From: Chlamydiota bacterium
GTDB taxonomy: Bacteria > Auribacterota > JACPWU01
Length of the DNA stretch: 64,000 nt
Reading direction: 5' to 3'
NCBI GenBank assembly: GCA_016178055.1
Contig: JACOUC010000036.1
Span: forward strand, 9 to 64,008
In this document: positions 12,901-18,900 of the stretch, one piece after another
Layout: each line of letters begins with the position of its first letter
Position numbering within the stretch: position 1 is the first letter of the stretch
Translations under genes and position numbers: made by a program
Notes under the pieces: model-generated
Databases searched by the model: none
Seen by the model: the letters and a program-made list of their open reading frames with translations, nothing else
What the model was told of the DNA's origin: nothing

Positions 12901-15900
12901 TCGTAATGGACCTTGTATTTTCTCCATGCCAATGTTGGAGGTCATGATGATGAGGGTGTTTTTGAAGTCGACGGTGTTCCCTTGGCCGTCGGTGAGTTTT
13001 CCTTCGTCGAAGACTTGCATGAGGGTGGTAAGGACGTCCGAATGGGCTTTTTCGATTTCATCAAAGAGGAGAACGGAATAAGGACGTTTGCGGACGGCTT
13101 CGGTGAGTTGGCCGCCTTCTTGGAATCCCACATAACCCGGTGGGGAGCCGATGAGTCTGGATTTTTGATGGGATTCTTGGTATTCACTCATATTGAAGAC
13201 CGTTAAGGCCTGGTCGCTGTCAAAGAGGAATTGAGCTAAGGCTTTAGCCAGTTCTGTTTTGCCTACGCCTGTGGGGCCGGCCATGAAGAAGACGCCCATG
13301 GGACGTTTGCGCTCACCGGGGATAGCCCGGGCACGACGAATGGCTTGAGCGACGGCTTTGATGGCGTCTTCTTGGCCTACGACTCTTTTATGGAGTTCTC
13401 CTTCGATGTTCAAATATTTGGCTGCGTCGTCTTGGTCTAAGGCACCGACGGCCATGCCGGTCATGTCGGCTAAATATTCCTGGACGTCGGCTTGGGTGAT
13501 GCGGATGTCTTTTCTTAAATTGGATAATCGGCTCAAAATAGTATGGTAAGCCTCGAGTATGCCGATCATTTGGTTATGGACTTCGATGACGGTGGGGTCG
13601 GTGTCTGGAACTCCTTCTTTTTTAAGGTCGATGTATTCGTTAATGACGCTGTGGAGACGGTTGAGGAAGTCTTCTTTAGTCATTTCTAGACTGTTCCTTC
13701 GGGCGTTGACTCGGCCCATGGTTCCTTCTAAGACGTCAATGGCTTTGCGGGGTTGGGATTTTTCAGAGAGATAGCGTTGGGCGCATTTGACAGCGGCTTT
13801 AATGGTAGCACGATCTATTTTGAGTGAGAATTTTCCTTCTAAGTAGGTTTTGGCGCCCGTAAGAATGGTTTCTGTTTCCTGGACACTGGGTTCAGGGACA
13901 GAAACTTTGGTAAACCTGTCTTCGAAGGGTTTGTCTTGTTCGATGTAGGCTTTGTATTCAGGGTCTGTCGTGGCCCCAATCACAGTGACTCGCCCTTTTT
14001 CCAGGATGGGCTTTAAGAGGTCTGCGATTCGGGTGTCAATGCTGTTGCTGGGCCCTTTCAATAGGAAATGGATTTCATCGATGAAGAGAATGACGTTGTT
14101 GTTGGTTTTTTCAAGGAGTGGGATCAGTGTTTTGAGGTTGTCTGACATCTCTGAGAGGGTGCTTCCTAAAGCACCCGCTTTAAGGGCAATGATTCTCCTA
14201 CCCTTTAAAGGGCCATCGAGGTTGTTTCGGGCAAGTTTCAAAGAGACGAGTTCGACGAGGGCTGTTTTACCGACTCCTCTGGGGCCGACAAGAACTAAGC
14301 TGTTTTTGATTCTTACTGGAGTGGCCAGACGAGCCATGATGCGGCCGATTTCTTCAGAGCGCCCCACCAATGGGCGAGCGCTGTCAGCTTCAAGAGCGAG
14401 GTCATAGGTATAGTCTTTTAATACCTGCCACTCTTTTTTCTTTTGACCATTGCCTAAATCGACATCTGCGTTCAGTCCTATTCTCTTCAAGTAATCATCC
14501 AGGGGCTCCATCGGAGACTCACCTACAGAGAGTCGAAGGAATGGGACACCGAGGAGATATCCTAAAAGACCTGCAACTACGGTAAACAATAAGGAAGCAA
14601 TCGAAGATCTCCCATTGATCATCGAAGCCCCCCATGGTACTATTTTGATAAAGGAGGCTTTAAAATGTCCGCGAAACTGCAAGAGCTGACGGAATTGATG
14701 GGAGAATTGGAGCCTAAAAGTCTTTCTCGACGAAGTAGAAATGTTGCCAAAGCGCTCTTGGGTAGCTGCCGCGGCCTCATCACGCCTCGAGGTAAGTCCT
14801 CTACCCGGTGGATCCGACAAGAACGTTCCTCCCTCCACAGCAAGGTGAGATAGTTCTGTGCCCTCATTACCAACACTCATTCTCGATACAGATGTCATTG
14901 TCAACTGGCTATCGGAAGAGCTTGAAACAGGAACAGGTCGAGAGTTATGGAAAGCCCCATTTGACATTATCTCTAAAGCAGAAGAAGGTCGCTCTAGTGT
15001 ACTCATTTGTCTTACAACTCTGTTAGAGCTTAGATTTCTCTTGAGGAGAAAGAAACGGCTGAGTGACGCTTCGATTCGGTCTATTATTAATCGAATGTTC
15101 CAAATTATTTCGGTCAATGTTCCTGACAAAACTGAATTGCTCAGGGCCAACCATCTCCAGAGCCTCCATCCTTTGGACCCGTTTGACGCAATACTGCTCG
15201 CTTGCGCCATGTCGTCTGAAGAAGCTATTCTTGTTTCTCGTGACAAGCCACTCCTTCGCATTGCATCTGAATTCCTTGAAGCACTTAACCCTGAAGATGC
15301 CCTCGCCAAAATTTCAAAGTCTTGAATAGCATCAATGCTAAGACGAAAAACCGGAGAGCCAAAAATCCATCCTAAGAGGCCTGTCCCTATGGCTAATAAC
15401 ACAGAACCAATTTTGAGGATGTGTTGAGCATGTGTATGCTCTCCTTTTCCATCGCCATGAGAATGGGTGTGAGCGGGTTTCATCACTATGCTTGAGGTAG
15501 GGCCTCCTTCATTTGAGGATTGAAGAAGTTCGAGGATTTTAAATTCATCGAGCCAATTCCCAATGGCTTCTACGACGCTTACTCCGTCAGGGAGCCTACA
15601 CTCTTCTATAAGTTTTCTTACAGTGGCTTCATCATCGGCCCCCATTTTTCCCATTTCACGCAGTTTTTCAATCAGCCTGGGCGTTAAGGCCTCACGAAAG
15701 CGCTCTTGAGTATAAGCACCGCTATTGATCATTTCATCCAGGGCCTCAGGGACGGCATGGGAAGCAGCATGTTCTGCGTCTTCTGAGTCTAAGTTGCTTT
15801 TGATGTCGGGATTCTTTTCGGCATCTTGAGCAAGTTGCCGCCCGATCCGGCCTAAGATCTGAGTCAATTTCTTCGCCGCTTCGTCTAGTTTTTTCTGAAT

Positions 15901-18900
15901 AAATTCTTCCTTCATGAGAATATTGGCTTGAATCTCTTTAAAAGGCTTACCGTAATGCTGTTCCAGCTCTTTTTGAAAAAGTTTAATAAAAAGGTCCCGC
16001 GTCTTAGGATCAGCCGTTTTTAATCGATCCGCCAGAAATTCACGTAAGGGTCTTTCCTCACACCAGCCCAGGGCACCAAAACCAAAGAATGCAGATATGG
16101 GAGACGTCATTGCGAGGAGCGAGAGCTCCGAAGCAATCCCAGCTTTGCGCAAAACAGAGATGGCTTCGTCGGCTTCACCTCCCTGCAATGACGGCCAAAC
16201 ATAGCTTCCATCCAAAGACGGAAGAGGCAAAAGATTCACCAACCCTAAAGCCAAATTAATTTTGACTCCCCAAATAAGCGGGCCCATTAAAAATCCAAAA
16301 GGCCCAACGGCATTAGCGGCAAGGGCCCCTACCGCAAAGACCACGGCCAAAATTAAATTACTCACCGGCCCCGCAAGCGCTACTTTCTTCATCGAAGATT
16401 CTGAGAGCCGCCAAGAAGAAATAGGAACGGGCTTTAACCACCCGATCGGAATCCCGATCAAAAGCGTAGACGCTAAAAAAGAAATCGTCCCCCAAAAATC
16501 TAAATGCCTCCAAAACCTGAGCAACGTCAATCGCCCCGCCTCCTCAGCCGTCCGATCCCCCAACCTCGCCGCCAGCCATCCATGGGCATATTCATGAAGA
16601 ATCGCGGAGAAGAGAATAATTGCTATCAATGGAACAGCACTTCCTAAAAGGCCAGGGTTGGCCACAAATACAGCGGCAAAAGGAATGCACAAAAAGACAT
16701 AAATATTCTTGACTTGCCCCGGACTTGATTCTATGATTTTTCTCATGAATGAGAAAAAGACTCCAAAACCTATTCCTACTCCAGAAGAAGCCCAGCGATA
16801 CAACTCCGTTATTATTGAGGAGATGAGAAGCCAATTTAAGGTTTTTGGCGAAGGATTAACCGGTTTTAGAAAAGAAACGAATGCACGATTTGACAGACTC
16901 GAAGAAGTCGTTATGGATACGCGTGAACGTGTCTCTAGGGTAGAGAATAGACTCACCAAAGTTGAAGAGAGCAACGCTCGCATTGAATCTGACATTCGCC
17001 TCATCAAAAACCAAATCAAAGTCAAGGTGGATTTAGAAGAATTTAAAGTACTTGAAAATCGGCTTGTGATCGTTGAAAAAAGACTGGCTGCCCTTCCCAT
17101 CTCCGCTTGATTAGCGCTATTTGAAACTCTTCTGGAACCCCCTATACTGCGTATCAAGCCATCCACATCCCCCACATATCCTCCTAATTCCAAGGCTCTT
17201 CTAAGGTAAATTTCTATTGAATGAGCCGTTTGTGCGTGACTCAGGAAAAATCGCATCTGATCTTGCGTGAGCGTAGTCACGCGTTCAAGCCAAAGAAGAG
17301 GGTTTTTCTGCAATTCATCGGAAACTTCCGAACGATTTTCCTTTCCCGCTTTCCTCTCTATTTCTCGAATAACCCCTTCTAAATCTCTCGCCACCTCCTC
17401 CCAATTTTCTAAATTAAGTTCTCGGGCCAAAACCTCTTGATCCCTTTGCCATTGATCAAATTGGAGAGCCGTAAGCCCCGCAGCAAAAGCAGCCTCTTCT
17501 CCCAACGAGCGTATTTCCTCAAGAAAATGAAGCCTCGCGATTTTCTGAAGGGTCGGAAGTGAGGCTTCTTTTAAAGCATCAGGAGCGCCCGAAATAAATC
17601 CAAATTGCTCTTTCATCTTCCTAAAATAGGCGCTGCGATCGTCATGACCCGTCATACGAGGGGCAATGACCCAATAACCGATCTTGGCCTCTTTCAATTT
17701 CTTCGTGATCCCCTCCGTATGAAACCCACCCACCACAAGCGCTGCACAGGGAAGTTTCTTTTCCTGAATTAATTTAAGAGATTTTTCGAACATGATTTTG
17801 TCTCGTTTTAGAACTTGAGTGTAGAATTTTTGGGAGAGGTTAAAGATTTCTCCAAAATCAGGAGATTCATAGTCTATTGCTTCCTTTTTAGCTAATTCGC
17901 CAAGTTGAATTAGAAAATCTCCGATAAAGTCGTTCGGGCCTGCTTGGCTCGAGGCTCGAGGATAATACTTTGCTCGAGGCTCGAAGCTCGAGGCTCGAAG
18001 TAAATGCTTCTCCAGTTTTTGCTTTTGCCTCGAGCCTCGAGCTTCGAGCCGTTTTATGTCTTCCCTACTTCCTTCCATCGCAATCACACGCCTGAGTAGG
18101 TCATAGTCTTTTTCTAACGCCAGCAGCTCTTTCGCCTGAGGCGTTGTCGCCAAATTTTCAACGAGTTCTCCTTCGAGGTTTTTAATTTCTTCATCCAACT
18201 TCTCCCAAGAGATTTGTTTTAGGAGAGACATTTGTTGAATAAGGAGTTGAAGATTGGGATATGGAGCTGATTTCTCGACAGGCTCGAAACGTTTATTAAT
18301 TCTGTTATTGGAGTGCTTCTCGACTGCGCCTCTCGCTCCACTATCGTTTCTCGACGCGTTTCGACTAATGTCGAAACTTGCTTGAAAACTAAATTTATTG
18401 TTCGAGCGTAGTCGAGAACCTTCCTTCGCGTCCTCTACCTCCTCCTGGCCCCTCCTTGTGGTTTGCGCCGTGTTAGGCTCCAACCACTTCCTCGTCCACC
18501 CGCTACGGCGGGTACCCGGACTTGGTCGCAAGGAAGGGAGATTATTTCCCTCTAGCTTCGAGCCTCGAGCCTCGAGCATTCCTAAGTACTTGCTTAGGAA
18601 CAAATAATGCTCTTCATCACTGGTTCTGCCCAGCCGATGCTCTAAGATATTTCTCAAAACTTCATTGAGTTCTTCTTTTGGAAGCTTCTTCTCTAGTTCA
18701 GATAAAAATAAGAGGTATTCAGACTCAATTTTTGATGCGTCCGTTTTCTTTTCGAGTGCTTGGAGTCGAAGGTAGAAATCAAGCTGGGGGTAGTTTTGGC
18801 TCGAAGCTCGAGGCTCAAGGCTCGAGGAGGAAAGAGGAAGAGATTTATTTTCTACATTTTCAGTTTTTCCTTTTGTCTTTGCTTTTGCCTCGAGCTTCGA

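Noticed and set aside
10492-14407. Plus-strand ORFs 10492..11175, 12659..13081, 12913..13206 and 13952..14407, and many 60-120 aa plus-strand ORFs inside ORF2 and ORF3
   Set aside because: Their translations are S/R/F-rich antisense-type low complexity with no motifs. They lie opposite well-supported domains such as ClpB and the kinases, and they have no promoter or RBS signals. This contrasts with the four nested genes that I accepted.
14640-14876. Minus-strand ORF 14640..14876 as an independent gene
   Set aside because: It is an out-of-frame alternative to the ORF1 frame and is antisense to the well-supported VapB-like ORF with its AAGGAGG Shine-Dalgarno. No motifs were found.
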